DNA of 64,000 nt from an uncultured Actinomycetota bacterium (GTDB taxonomy: Bacteria; Actinomycetota; Humimicrobiia; Humimicrobiales; Humimicrobiaceae), in assembly GCA_964561115.1 (NCBI GenBank), contig CAZLOE010000004.1, forward strand, positions 70-64,069, written 5' to 3'. Below are positions 8,611 to 18,200 of the stretch, one piece after another (positions within the stretch are counted from its first letter, which is position 1; every line of letters begins with the position of its first letter). Under the pieces are notes generated by a model. It saw nothing but the letters and a program-made list of their open reading frames with translations, was not told where the DNA came from and did no database searches. The position numbers and the translations under genes were made by a program.

Positions 8611-11181
8611 ATGGAAATAATTATAACCCATTTGAGCTCTGATTTTGATTCTTTTGCTGGAATGGTAGCAGCTAAGAAAATATACCCGCAGGCTCAAATT
8701 GTACTGCCTACTGCAATAAATCAAAACGTGAGAAAGTTCATCACTCTTTATGAAGATGAGCTGCCGCCCCTTTTGGACCCCAAGGGGATTGATTTTTCAA
8801 AGGTAAAAAGAGCCATTGTAATCGATACAAAGTTTGCCTCAAGGTTAGGCCCTGCAAAGGCGGCATTAAGTAATAAGGGTATTGAAGTAATAGTATATGA
8901 TCATCATCAGAAGACTTCCAGAGATCTGAAAGCCACCTATGATTATTCCAGAGAGGTGGGAGCTGCTACGGCTATTCTGGTAAATCTTATAAAAGAGAAA
9001 AAGATCAGTGTTTCCCCGCTTGATGCTACACTTTTTACACTTGGGATATATGAGGACACAGGTTCATTTACATATCCGGGCACTACTTCCAGCGATCTTG
9101 AAGCAGCTGCATTCCTTATGAAGAAAGGGACTAATTTATTTGTAGTATCAAAATTCTTAAATCTTTCACTTACCGAAGACCAGCACAGACTTTTAGAGAA
9201 GTTGATAATGAACTGTAAAAAGGTAAATGTAAATGAAACAGAAATCTTGCTTTCTCAGGCGGACATGCCTGATTTTGTTGAAGGGCTTTCTGTGCTGACC
9301 AGGAAACTGTCCCAGATCGAAGATGTAAGTATAGTGATATGCTGGGCTAAAATGAAAGGGAAGATTTATGCAGTTGGCAGAAGTGATGATAAAAATGTGG
9401 ATGTGTCCGAGATACTGAAGGTTGTAGGGGGCGGTGGGCACCCGCAGGCAGCTTCCGCAGTTGTAAACGACATAGCTTTTGAAGAAGTGGGAAAAAAGAT
9501 GATGGGCTCCCTTAAAAAACATATAAAAAAGCCAATGCTTGCAAAGGATATAATGTCTTATCCGGTAAGGGTGGTAAAGGAAGATGCAAGCATAGCTCAG
9601 GTAGATAAAATCTTAAAAAAATACGGTCATTCTGGAATACCCATTGTGGACAAAGCCGAAGACCTTGTCGGTATAATAACAAGGAAGGATATAGATAAGG
9701 CAATAGGCCACGGCCTTTCACATGCTCCTGTGAAGGGTTTTAAGTCCCGAAGTGTTGTGAGAGCCGGTGCAAATACGAGCATTGGTGAGATACAGAATCT
9801 TATGGTAGAAAACGGCATTGGAAGAGTACCTATTATAGATAAGAAAAAGATCATAGGTATTATTACCAGAAAAGATGTCCTGAGGTTCTTACACGGCCGA
9901 AGCTATGAGAATTTCTGGGGATTTTTCCCTGAAAAATTACAAAAGATACTAAAGATCATTTCCGGTGTCTCACAGGTTCTGAAATATAATACTTATCTGG
10001 TAGGAGGGATAGTAAGAGATGCACTTCTGAAGATACCTAATTTTGATATAGATATTGTAGCAGAGGGTGATGGTATAAAGTTTGGAAAAGAATTATCTTC
10101 AAGATTTGACTGCAGACTGGAATGCCACAAGAAATTCGGAACTGCTGTCCTGGTCTTAAGTGACAGACAGCATATAGATATAGCCTCAGCAAGAGTGGAA
10201 TATTATAAGAGCCCGGCTGCTCTTCCCAGTGTAGAATCAGGGAATATAAAACAGGATCTTTCCAGGAGAGATTTTACTATAAATACTATGGCCGTGTCGC
10301 TTAATAAAGAAAATTTTGGCGAGATCCTTGATTATTTCGGAGGAAGGGAAGATTTGAAAAACAAAAAGATAAAAGTCCTTCACAAGATGAGTTTTATTGA
10401 GGATCCAACCAGGATCTTTAGGGCAGTGAGGTTTGAGAAGAGGCTTGGATTTAAAATGGACAGCCAGACCGAAAAACTTGCCAGGACTACTATAAATATG
10501 AATATAGTGTCAAAGCTAAACGGGGTAAGGATAAGAGATGAACTCATTTATATTTTTAATGAAAAAAATCCCCTGGAGGCGATTGAAAGACTATATGAAC
10601 TTGGTGCGCTTAAGAAAATAGGAATAAAGGTAAGGATCGATAAAAAATTTATAGAACAGGTCAAAAAGATATTAAAATATTACCGTGAGATGAAAGATGA
10701 TTATAATAAAATCGGAAGGGAAATTAAAAAGTGGAGATTACTTTTTATCCTTCTTCTAAGAGGTAATAAGCCTGACAAGATCGAAAGATGGTGTTCTGAG
10801 ATGAAGGTCAGAAAGAAAGATGTAAATGTTATACTCAATACCTATAAAATGTGGAATGAGGCCAGGAGGAATCTTAAAAGCAGCATTAAAAAGAATTCCA
10901 CTCTTTACCACAGGGTCAGTTTAATCCCTCCCGATCTTCAGGTCATTGCCTGCAGCTGGGGAAGGGAATATCTGGGCAATATCAAGAAATATTTAAAAGA
11001 CCTTTCCGCCTTACATCTTGAAATCAATGGTAATACATTAAAGGATATGGGTTACAAACCTTCGGAGAAATTTAAAGAAGTCCTGGAAAAATTATTTGAG
11101 ATGAAACTGAACGGCAGGATAAAGAATAAAGAAGACGAGATCTCTAATTTGAAGAAGTTGATGGGGACGCACATCAGTTAA
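8611..11181 (+). CDS. multidomain protein: DHH-DHHA1 phosphoesterase + tandem CBS + class-II nucleotidyltransferase (CCA-adding/poly(A) polymerase head, GG(I)VRD)
   Basis: N-terminal DHH motifs (ITHLSSDFDSFAG, VIVYDHHQ) and DHHA1 GGGGHPQAA; two CBS repeats (GIPIVD.., GRVPIID..); YLVGGIVRDALL...DIDIVAEGDG nucleotidyltransferase head. Confidence 0.7.
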   Translation: MEIIITHLSSDFDSFAGMVAAKKIYPQAQIVLPTAINQNVRKFITLYEDELPPLLDPKGIDFSKVKRAIVIDTKFASRLGPAKAALSNKGIEVIVYDHHQKTSRDLKATYDYSREVGAATAILVNLIKEKKISVSPLDATLFTLGIYEDTGSFTYPGTTSSDLEAAAFLMKKGTNLFVVSKFLNLSLTEDQHRLLEKLIMNCKKVNVNETEILLSQADMPDFVEGLSVLTRKLSQIEDVSIVICWAKMKGKIYAVGRSDDKNVDVSEILKVVGGGGHPQAASAVVNDIAFEEVGKKMMGSLKKHIKKPMLAKDIMSYPVRVVKEDASIAQVDKILKKYGHSGIPIVDKAEDLVGIITRKDIDKAIGHGLSHAPVKGFKSRSVVRAGANTSIGEIQNLMVENGIGRVPIIDKKKIIGIITRKDVLRFLHGRSYENFWGFFPEKLQKILKIISGVSQVLKYNTYLVGGIVRDALLKIPNFDIDIVAEGDGIKFGKELSSRFDCRLECHKKFGTAVLVLSDRQHIDIASARVEYYKSPAALPSVESGNIKQDLSRRDFTINTMAVSLNKENFGEILDYFGGREDLKNKKIKVLHKMSFIEDPTRIFRAVRFEKRLGFKMDSQTEKLARTTINMNIVSKLNGVRIRDELIYIFNEKNPLEAIERLYELGALKKIGIKVRIDKKFIEQVKKILKYYREMKDDYNKIGREIKKWRLLFILLLRGNKPDKIERWCSEMKVRKKDVNVILNTYKMWNEARRNLKSSIKKNSTLYHRVSLIPPDLQVIACSWGREYLGNIKKYLKDLSALHLEINGNTLKDMGYKPSEKFKEVLEKLFEMKLNGRIKNKEDEISNLKKLMGTHIS

Positions 11182-11270
11182 GGTTCTTATGATAGAAATA
11201 TTCCCCGAGGAATCGAATATTGATATCTTTTTAGTTATTTATATATAATACTCTGGTAATATATATATCA

Positions 11271-11347
11271 GGGCGGTTAGCTCAGATGGTTAGAGCGCTG
11301 CGTCGACATCGCAGAGGTCATTGGTTCAAATCCAATATCGCCCACCA
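11271..11347 (+). tRNA. tRNA, anticodon loop TCGACAT (reads as Val-GAC; A73 discriminator)
   Basis: 77-nt cloverleaf by eye: acceptor GGGCGGT/ATCGCCC, D-arm GCTC..GAGC, anticodon stem CTGCG/CGCAG, T-arm ATTGG-TTCAAAT-CCAAT, encoded CCA. Confidence 0.65.
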
Positions 11348-11348
11348 C

Positions 11349-11693
11349 TTCTTAATATATTATTTTAAATGCTACCAAAAACTTGAAGATGATATTGCTT
11401 TTATTCAGAAACACGGCCTGGCTGAATTTAGAAGATCACAAAAAGCAAGGGAAAAACTGCTCTGGAAGCTTCTTGATGGATTCAATGAAGGGCGCTCAAA
11501 GAGTTACTTCTGCCTTGCTGCTACAGTATTAGATTTAGATGAATTAGCAGAAGCAGTAAAGGAAGCCGCGGGTAGTTCCAAAAGTCTTGATATAAAAGAG
11601 AAAGCCAAGCTTGCACATTCGATCCTGGACAGGATAGCAGAGAAGAAGGGATACTATCTAAAACTGAGAAAAAAGCCTGCTGTCAAAGTATGA
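11349..11693 (+). pseudogene. hypothetical ORF immediately after the tRNA with no canonical start codon (possible gene remnant)
   Basis: The ORF-track start (11286) lies inside the tRNA. Downstream of the tRNA, the frame has no in-frame ATG/GTG/TTG before its C-terminal third. Confidence 0.3.
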
Positions 11694-11708
11694 TGAGTTT
11701 ATCGGGAG

Positions 11709-12482
11709 CTAGCCTATATTCTGGGCAAGATAGGCTGCACCAAGTGCCCCGGTTATCTGCGGCTCATCGGGTATCTTTATTTTGACTTCCAGATTTTCTT
11801 CAAGAGCCTTTACCACTCCCAGGTTTTTGGCGACTCCTCCTGTCATACATACCGGTTCTTCAAGTCCTATCCTTTCAACCATTGAAGTTATCCTGTTTGC
11901 TATGGAATAAATGAGGCCTTTTATGATCTTGTCTTTATCTACTCCCTGTCCGATAAGGGAGACTATTTCAGATTCGGCAAATACGGTGCAGGTCGAGGTT
12001 ATATCGACCTTACCATCGGTTTTAATAAAAATAGGAGCAAAATGCTCAAGGTCTATTTCCATTGCCTTGGCCATTACTTCCAAAAATCTTCCCGTCCCTG
12101 CCGCACACTTATCGTTCATCAGAAAGTCAATGGGACTCCCGTTTTCAAGCTTGATTACCTTGCTATCCTGCCCGCCGATATCGATCACTGTTTTAAGGTC
12201 AGGGAATAATGATATTGCTCCCCTGGCATGGCAGCTGATCTCGGTTATATTTTTATCTGCAAATGGAATATTTATCCTACCGTAGCCCGTGGCAATAATT
12301 GCTTTGATATCTCTGCTTTTAAGCTTAGCTTTATTTAAGGTATCCTCAAAGGCGTTTTTTGCAGCATTCTTACTGCTGGAGCCGGTAGGGGAAATAGCAT
12401 AGGATAAGATTTTGTTATCTTTTCCATCCAGTATCACTGCTTCGGTTGATACTGAACCAACATCAATTCCGCAGGTATACAT
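11709..12482 (-). CDS. CoA-substrate-specific enzyme activase (BadF/BadG/BcrA/BcrD / HgdC-type ATPase)
   Basis: N-terminal MYTCGIDVGSVSTEAVILDG actin-fold ATPase motif typical of HgdC activators. Confidence 0.75.
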   Translation of the reverse strand: MYTCGIDVGSVSTEAVILDGKDNKILSYAISPTGSSSKNAAKNAFEDTLNKAKLKSRDIKAIIATGYGRINIPFADKNITEISCHARGAISLFPDLKTVIDIGGQDSKVIKLENGSPIDFLMNDKCAAGTGRFLEVMAKAMEIDLEHFAPIFIKTDGKVDITSTCTVFAESEIVSLIGQGVDKDKIIKGLIYSIANRITSMVERIGLEEPVCMTGGVAKNLGVVKALEENLEVKIKIPDEPQITGALGAAYLAQNIG

Positions 12483-12500
12483 CTGTTTCCTTTCTTTTGC

Positions 12501-13790
12501 TTATGTTTTAGAATTTAAAATTTCCAGAAATCCCTGCATCCTGGTCTTTATCTGGCCGTGAGATGAATTGTTACGGTCCACACAATCTCCGTCTATTACC
12601 AACGTAGGGATGCCCAACTTCTTAAGACTGTCTTTGATTATCCTTGCGCCGCCGTTACTCTGCCTGCAGCCCCAGTGAGAAAAAAGGACAGCTCCGTCGA
12701 TTTTATATTCTCTGGCAATATCAAGGATTACCTTAACACGGTTGTCGATCTTGCCGCCGAGGAAGTGGGAAAGCATCTTTTTGGCCAGGCTTTCAAAAGG
12801 CTTTAGCGGGTCAAGCTCGGGCCAGTAAACATAATTTATCTCTTCAAAGACTACTATGCAGTTTTCTTTTTTAAGGATATCAAAGATCTCGCTTTTATAG
12901 TACGGTTTGAGATGCAGCCACAGGATCCTTTTAGGAAGGTTTCCTTTACTACCATTTTTTCCCTGCTGTATGGCCAGGTATTTTTTTAATTCTCTGTACA
13001 TATGCTTATAAAGAGTAACAGCTTTTTCTGTTCCGGGCAGCACGTGAAAAGGAAGGATATAATTTAGAGCATTGAAATAAGGGGGATACTCTGTAAGATC
13101 CTTTCTTAAGTCATTTACTTTGACTGCCCAATTTCTGAACTCATTTGAAAGACTTATGATTTCTCTGAATTTAGAATAGTCAGGTTCCCTGCCTGTTTTT
13201 GAACTTATATCCATATATATATTTTTTAGCTGGCCGGTAAGGTACTGTAGAGATTCTTTTGAATAATGGTATGGAACATCGATGAGATAGAAATTTTTTT
13301 CAATACCATATTTCTTTGAATATATGTAAAAAGATTTCTGCGCAGCATCGCAGGCCAGATTGGTGGCCAGGATAAAGTCAGGTTTAGGAAATACATCAAG
13401 CTCTAATGCACCGGAAGCACTCCTGTGGAAGGTACACAGATCCTGTGAATACCAGTTAGACGCAGACTGTTTGATAGTCTGGGATGCTATACCAAGTCCT
13501 GCAGTGAAACCTGCCATTACTTCCGGAGGGAAGGGAGTGATTTCAAGTGCGTGCAGCATCTCATATGGTACAAAAAGCGATCCAAATCCTACAGGGTGGC
13601 TGTTATCTGAATAGGCATTTCTTAAGCTTTCTATAGTAAAAATATTCAGGTATTTATCAGAGACTGAGGAAAAGGTGCTTCCATAGGTATAAAGTATGGG
13701 CTTTTTGGCAATTATGCCAAGCAGCCTCTTTATATATTTCTGGTTCAAGTTCTTCTGTATTCCTGTTTTTAATCTGTCTTTTATTCCCAT
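12501..13790 (-). CDS. 2-hydroxyacyl-CoA dehydratase family subunit (HgdA/HgdB-like)
   Basis: 429 aa with conserved Cys blocks (HWGCRQS) of the HGD-D family; adjacent to the activase. Confidence 0.65.
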   Translation of the reverse strand: MGIKDRLKTGIQKNLNQKYIKRLLGIIAKKPILYTYGSTFSSVSDKYLNIFTIESLRNAYSDNSHPVGFGSLFVPYEMLHALEITPFPPEVMAGFTAGLGIASQTIKQSASNWYSQDLCTFHRSASGALELDVFPKPDFILATNLACDAAQKSFYIYSKKYGIEKNFYLIDVPYHYSKESLQYLTGQLKNIYMDISSKTGREPDYSKFREIISLSNEFRNWAVKVNDLRKDLTEYPPYFNALNYILPFHVLPGTEKAVTLYKHMYRELKKYLAIQQGKNGSKGNLPKRILWLHLKPYYKSEIFDILKKENCIVVFEEINYVYWPELDPLKPFESLAKKMLSHFLGGKIDNRVKVILDIAREYKIDGAVLFSHWGCRQSNGGARIIKDSLKKLGIPTLVIDGDCVDRNNSSHGQIKTRMQGFLEILNSKT

Positions 13791-13806
13791 CTTGATTATA
13801 TCTATT

Positions 13807-14964
13807 TTACAGCATCTCCAGAAAAGCCTGTATCCTTGTCTTTAGCTGGCCTTCTGAAAAATTGTTATATTCCATTTCTAGATACAGCACAGGGATTCCC
13901 ATTTGGTTAAATCTCTCTTTCAGAAGGGGAAAGGAATATAATACTGTATCACAGAATTTCAAACTAATAAATATTATACCTTCTATACTGTTTTCTATTA
14001 TAGTATTTTCAATTTCTTTAAGTTTTAGTCCCAGATCGGCCATTCTCATACATGGAGATTTATTTAGATATCTCCGGGCCAGGGAGGTAAGTATATCCGT
14101 ACTTCCGTCTTTATCTACCAGTTTTATAAAGTACCTGCTTGAGATACAGAGATCATCGGAAGCTACTCTGAGTTTCATTGATGACAGCATATCCCATAAT
14201 TTTTCTTCAGTGATAAAATTGCCAATGACCATTATTCCGGGAATGCTTCCTCTATCTGTTTCTGAAATGGTCTTATTTTGCCCGGCAGAGTCTTCTATGA
14301 ATTTTAGATATTTTTCTAGCTCGTCTATAAACACTTGAGCTTCGGATGTCATAGACAACTCCATGATCCTGTAGTAGGTAGAAATGTATATATGGCGGGG
14401 GAACTTCTTAAATATAAGGCTGAATTTTTCTAAAAGTCTCCTTTTTTTATTTATAAGAAGTACAGCTTCAGCTATTTCTTTTTCTCTTATTTTGACCCCG
14501 GCTGTATTTTCAATAAATCTTTTCATATGGGCAAGATTAACTCTAAAAAAAGCTGTAGAATCTTCCCCCCGAAGGCGTGGGACATCCAGAAGATGCGAGG
14601 GGGTTTTTTTTAGATAGGTATTTGCAGTATCATACAATCTTCTCATACCATCGCAGGAGTTGGTAAATACCAACGCTTTAAGATTGCTCATGTCAGATAG
14701 CAGGCTGTCCCAGCTTGATTTTATATAGGGACAGAAATTTATAGGGAAGTAGCTTTCCGATTTTACTATCTTTTTACTTCCCATAATTCTTAAAGGGGTA
14801 AACCCGCCGGCGATTATCAGTTCTTCCGGAGTGTAAGTACAGAACCAACCGATTAAAGGCCTTTTATCCAGAGAGGATAAAGTATTTTTAAAAAAACTCT
14901 GAACATCATTTATTTTACTTTTTAAAAGGTCAGGGCTATCCGAATTTTTATTGTCCTGCATCAT
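13807..14964 (-). CDS. 2-hydroxyacyl-CoA dehydratase family subunit (HgdA/HgdB-like)
   Basis: 385 aa, Cys motifs (TNSCDGMRR, SPCMRM); paired with the preceding subunit. Confidence 0.65.
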   Translation of the reverse strand: MMQDNKNSDSPDLLKSKINDVQSFFKNTLSSLDKRPLIGWFCTYTPEELIIAGGFTPLRIMGSKKIVKSESYFPINFCPYIKSSWDSLLSDMSNLKALVFTNSCDGMRRLYDTANTYLKKTPSHLLDVPRLRGEDSTAFFRVNLAHMKRFIENTAGVKIREKEIAEAVLLINKKRRLLEKFSLIFKKFPRHIYISTYYRIMELSMTSEAQVFIDELEKYLKFIEDSAGQNKTISETDRGSIPGIMVIGNFITEEKLWDMLSSMKLRVASDDLCISSRYFIKLVDKDGSTDILTSLARRYLNKSPCMRMADLGLKLKEIENTIIENSIEGIIFISLKFCDTVLYSFPLLKERFNQMGIPVLYLEMEYNNFSEGQLKTRIQAFLEML

Positions 14965-14989
14965 ATTATTTCCGTATCCGGGGCTGTTA

Positions 14990-15535
14990 TTAATTGCTTT
15001 TTATTATTTCTTCGTTTCTTGTGAATTCTTCATAGATGCCCAGGTGTCCCCAGAAATCTTCAATATAGAATCCGTTTATTTGACCGCTGTCTTTGCCTTC
15101 TACAGTTATTTTTACCTTATCTATTTCTTCAAATTCGGTAAGCGTGTTTACGATTGAGTAGACAGCCAGAACTTCTGTAGTGGAGCTGTGAGGTATTTGA
15201 TCTACGTTGGTTATAATCTCTTTGCTGAAATCTACGACAGCGGTGCTGCCTGATATTTCCACTGAATTGACTTTTACATCGGAAGGTATGGTGGGATAAA
15301 GACTAGTGCTCTCCGGGCCTTTTACAAGTTCTTCTACTACTTTTTTTAAGAGTGCGTCACCTGTCTGGATTTGCCTTACTTCCTTTACAAGATAGGACTC
15401 GTTCTCCTCATAATCAGCAAAATACAGAGAAATATTCTGTGTGCATGAAGACAGCAAGAAAAGAAAAGATATGGCAATAACAAGAAAGATGCTTAAGGTA
15501 GAAAGTCTACTGAGGATGATTTTATTTTTTTTCAT
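14990..15535 (-). CDS. GerMN-domain lipoprotein
   Basis: Signal peptide with lipobox LSSC, then a GerMN-like domain. Confidence 0.5.
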   Translation of the reverse strand: MKKNKIILSRLSTLSIFLVIAISFLFLLSSCTQNISLYFADYEENESYLVKEVRQIQTGDALLKKVVEELVKGPESTSLYPTIPSDVKVNSVEISGSTAVVDFSKEIITNVDQIPHSSTTEVLAVYSIVNTLTEFEEIDKVKITVEGKDSGQINGFYIEDFWGHLGIYEEFTRNEEIIKSN

Positions 15536-15753
15536 TTTTATTCTTAAAGGTCGTAATTTTTTGATAAATTATTTACCGTATAATTCTATAAAGATGAAGA
15601 TAAAAAGACAATATATAAATTTCCGGGGTACAAATCATTACAAAAATCGGCTATCAGGTGGTATTATAATCTTAGTTATACTGCTGAAGATGTGTAAATC
15701 CGGGATTATATCAAAATCCGGCTGTTTAATGATAGATTTTATGGGGTGGTTAT

Positions 15754-16275
15754 ATGGAAAGCAAAAAGGCTCTTTTAGTAATAGATATGCTGAATGATTT
15801 TGTACGCGACGGGGCGCCGCTGAAAATCCCACATATAGAAAAGATAATCGAACATGTCAAGAGAGAGACAGAAAAAGCCAGAAGCAGCGGTTACCCGGTG
15901 ATTTATTTGTGTGACAGCCATGATAAAAAAGACAGGGAATTTAAAATGTTCCCGCCCCATGCGGTTAAAAATACGGAAGGCTCAAAAATCATAGAAGAAC
16001 TCAAGCCTCAGGGTACCGACATTATTATAAGAAAGAGCACATTCTCCGCTTTTTTTGAAACTGATTTAGATGAGGTATTGAAGAGATTGGGAGTCAAGAA
16101 ATTGGTATTTGCAGGAGTTACTACCAGCATATGTGTTCTTTATACAGTGGTAGATGCGGTGATGAGAGGTTATGAGGTAGAGGTGGTAAAAGATGCAGTG
16201 ATCGGTCTAAATCCCGAAGACCACAGATTTGCACTTAAGCAGATGGAGAAAGTACTTAAGTTAAATATAATATAA
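15754..16275 (+). CDS. pncA: isochorismatase-family cysteine hydrolase, probable nicotinamidase
   Basis: Isochorismatase-fold motifs (LLVIDMLNDF, catalytic Cys in GVTTSICV); immediately upstream of nicotinate phosphoribosyltransferase. Confidence 0.6.
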   Translation: MESKKALLVIDMLNDFVRDGAPLKIPHIEKIIEHVKRETEKARSSGYPVIYLCDSHDKKDREFKMFPPHAVKNTEGSKIIEELKPQGTDIIIRKSTFSAFFETDLDEVLKRLGVKKLVFAGVTTSICVLYTVVDAVMRGYEVEVVKDAVIGLNPEDHRFALKQMEKVLKLNII

Positions 16276-16285
16276 GGAGCAGGTA

Positions 16286-17455
16286 ATGTTTCATACTGCG
16301 GACCCCGATGATATAAAAAAGGGCAGATTGACTGATATATATTTTAAAAGAACAGAAGAGATATTAAAAAACAGTAAAAAAAATCCGGTGGTCAAGGCTG
16401 AGATATTTTTAAAAGGTTTCCCCTGCGGCTACAGCTGGGGCATTTTGGCAGGGATAGAAGAAACTATAAGACTCCTTTCGGATACAGGGATGATATCGGT
16501 AAGATGCATGCCCGAGGGAACGGTATTTAGGGATTTTCAGCCGGTAATGGTGATAGAAGGCAGGTATCTTGACTTTGGAATATACGAGACAGCTATTCTT
16601 GGTTTACTATGTCAGGCAAGCGGGATAGCTACAAAAGCAGCGAGATGCAAGCTGGCCGCTGGGGATAAATTGATTTACAGTTTCGGAGCCAGAAGGATGC
16701 ATCCGGCGATTGCTCCTATGGTAGAGAGGAGTGCATTTATCGGCGGAGCAGATGGTGTTTCTACAACACTTGGCGCGGAGCTGATCGGTCAGGAACCGGT
16801 AGGGACTATTCCTCATGCTTTAATCCTGATTATAGGTGATACCAAAGAAGCAACAGAGGCTTTTGACAGTGTGATCAGTCCCGAAATTAAAAGAATATCT
16901 CTTATAGATACTTTTAATGATGAAAAGTTTGAAGCAGTAAGAGTAGCTGAAGGACTTGGCAAGAATTTATTCGGTTTAAGGCTGGATACCCCTTCATCCA
17001 GGAGAGGGAATTTTAAAAAGATTTTAGAAGAGGTTAGGTGGGAACTGGATATAAGAGGATTTGAGAATATCAAGTTATTTGCCAGCGGCGGCCTGGATGA
17101 GGATGATATACTAAATTTAAAAGATATAGCAGATGCATTTGGCATAGGTACAGCTATAAGCTCGGCCAGAGTCATGGATTTTTCTCTGGATATTGTAGAG
17201 ATTGAAGGAAAAAAGATTGCAAAAAGAGGGAAAAAGTCAGGTGCCAAGAAAGTATTAAGATGCAAGGACTGCTTTAACGACCTGGTAGTCCTGGAAGACA
17301 GGAAGGCATCCGAATACAGTTGTGCTAAATGCGGAGGTGCTTATAGTGATATTTTTATAAGTGCATTGGATGAAGGAAAATTATTGTATAGCTTTCCACC
17401 GGCAGAAGGTATTAGAAAGGCTGTTTCCAGCCAGTTTAAGTTTTTGGAACTTTAA
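16286..17455 (+). CDS. pncB: nicotinate phosphoribosyltransferase
   Basis: NAPRTase-family blocks (ADPDDIKKGRLTDIYFKRT, FGARRMH, GLRLDTP). Confidence 0.7.
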   Translation: MFHTADPDDIKKGRLTDIYFKRTEEILKNSKKNPVVKAEIFLKGFPCGYSWGILAGIEETIRLLSDTGMISVRCMPEGTVFRDFQPVMVIEGRYLDFGIYETAILGLLCQASGIATKAARCKLAAGDKLIYSFGARRMHPAIAPMVERSAFIGGADGVSTTLGAELIGQEPVGTIPHALILIIGDTKEATEAFDSVISPEIKRISLIDTFNDEKFEAVRVAEGLGKNLFGLRLDTPSSRRGNFKKILEEVRWELDIRGFENIKLFASGGLDEDDILNLKDIADAFGIGTAISSARVMDFSLDIVEIEGKKIAKRGKKSGAKKVLRCKDCFNDLVVLEDRKASEYSCAKCGGAYSDIFISALDEGKLLYSFPPAEGIRKAVSSQFKFLEL

Positions 17456-17484
17456 TAGAAATCGGTGAGTAGAGAGGAAATTAT

Positions 17485-18180
17485 ATGGCGGTAAAATTAT
17501 TTTTAATAAGACATGGCCAAACGCTGTGGAACCAAGAGGGAAGGTATCAGGGTGATAAAGACATAGACCTTACTAAAGAAGGTATCAGGCAGGCCAGGCT
17601 TACTGCGGAGTACCTTTCTGATGTAAATTTTTCAAATATTTACAGCAGTCCGTTAAAGCGGGCTGTGGATACAGCAAATATCATAAATAAAATAAATAAG
17701 GGAAAGAATTTAAAGATAATAATCAGAGATAATTTTAAAGAAATGCATTTCGGGAAATGGGAAGGAATGAAATTCGAGCAGTTAGGCAAGGTTTTCCCTG
17801 AAGAATTCCATCAATGGTTAAATGACCCCTATAATTACTGCCCCACAGGTGGAGAGAGTTTCAAGAAGGTAAAAGAAAGATCGATAAAGGAAATTGAGAA
17901 TATAGTAAAAGAAAATGAAGAGGGCAGTAATGTTGCAGTGGTGGCCCATGGAGGGGTCATACTTTCCATACTGGTATACTGGCTCCAGATCCCCCTGCCC
18001 AGGTGGAGGTCAATTATCCTGCATCAGGGAGCAATAAATATCGCAGTTGTTGACAGGGGTTTTCCTTATATCTCAACTATAAATTTCACGGGTCATTTAA
18101 ATCCTATATATGATGATAGTGGAGATAAAATTATTAAGACTTACAGCAGGTTCAGAAGTGATGATGGTAAATCAGGATAG
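17485..18180 (+). CDS. histidine phosphatase family protein (phosphoglycerate mutase-like/CobC-like)
   Basis: LIRHGQTLWNQEGRYQG catalytic-His motif. Confidence 0.7.
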   Translation: MAVKLFLIRHGQTLWNQEGRYQGDKDIDLTKEGIRQARLTAEYLSDVNFSNIYSSPLKRAVDTANIINKINKGKNLKIIIRDNFKEMHFGKWEGMKFEQLGKVFPEEFHQWLNDPYNYCPTGGESFKKVKERSIKEIENIVKENEEGSNVAVVAHGGVILSILVYWLQIPLPRWRSIILHQGAINIAVVDRGFPYISTINFTGHLNPIYDDSGDKIIKTYSRFRSDDGKSG

Positions 18181-18200
18181 AATTAAGGAAGGTGTTAAAG

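Noticed and set aside
9193-9854. Antisense ORFs (109, 69, 75 aa) inside the DHH-CBS-CCA gene. Similar antisense shadow ORFs occur across the track, e.g. 2316-2756, 30128-30559, 34776-35315, 40655-40996, 44483-44996, 52555-53061.
   Set aside because: They sit entirely inside well-supported genes on the opposite strand, have low-complexity or odd composition, and lack RBS. These are typical shadow ORFs.
11286-11348. ORF-track start of the 135-aa ORF (MVRALRRHRRGHW...)
   Set aside because: The first 60 nt are the tRNA itself; the ATG lies within the D-arm. At best only the part downstream of the tRNA (11349 onward) could be coding, and it lacks a start.
15441-15797. 118-aa plus-strand ORF spanning the GerMN/pncA intergenic region
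   Set aside because: It overlaps the 5' ends of both flanking genes, has a hydrophobic low-complexity translation and no RBS; likely spurious.
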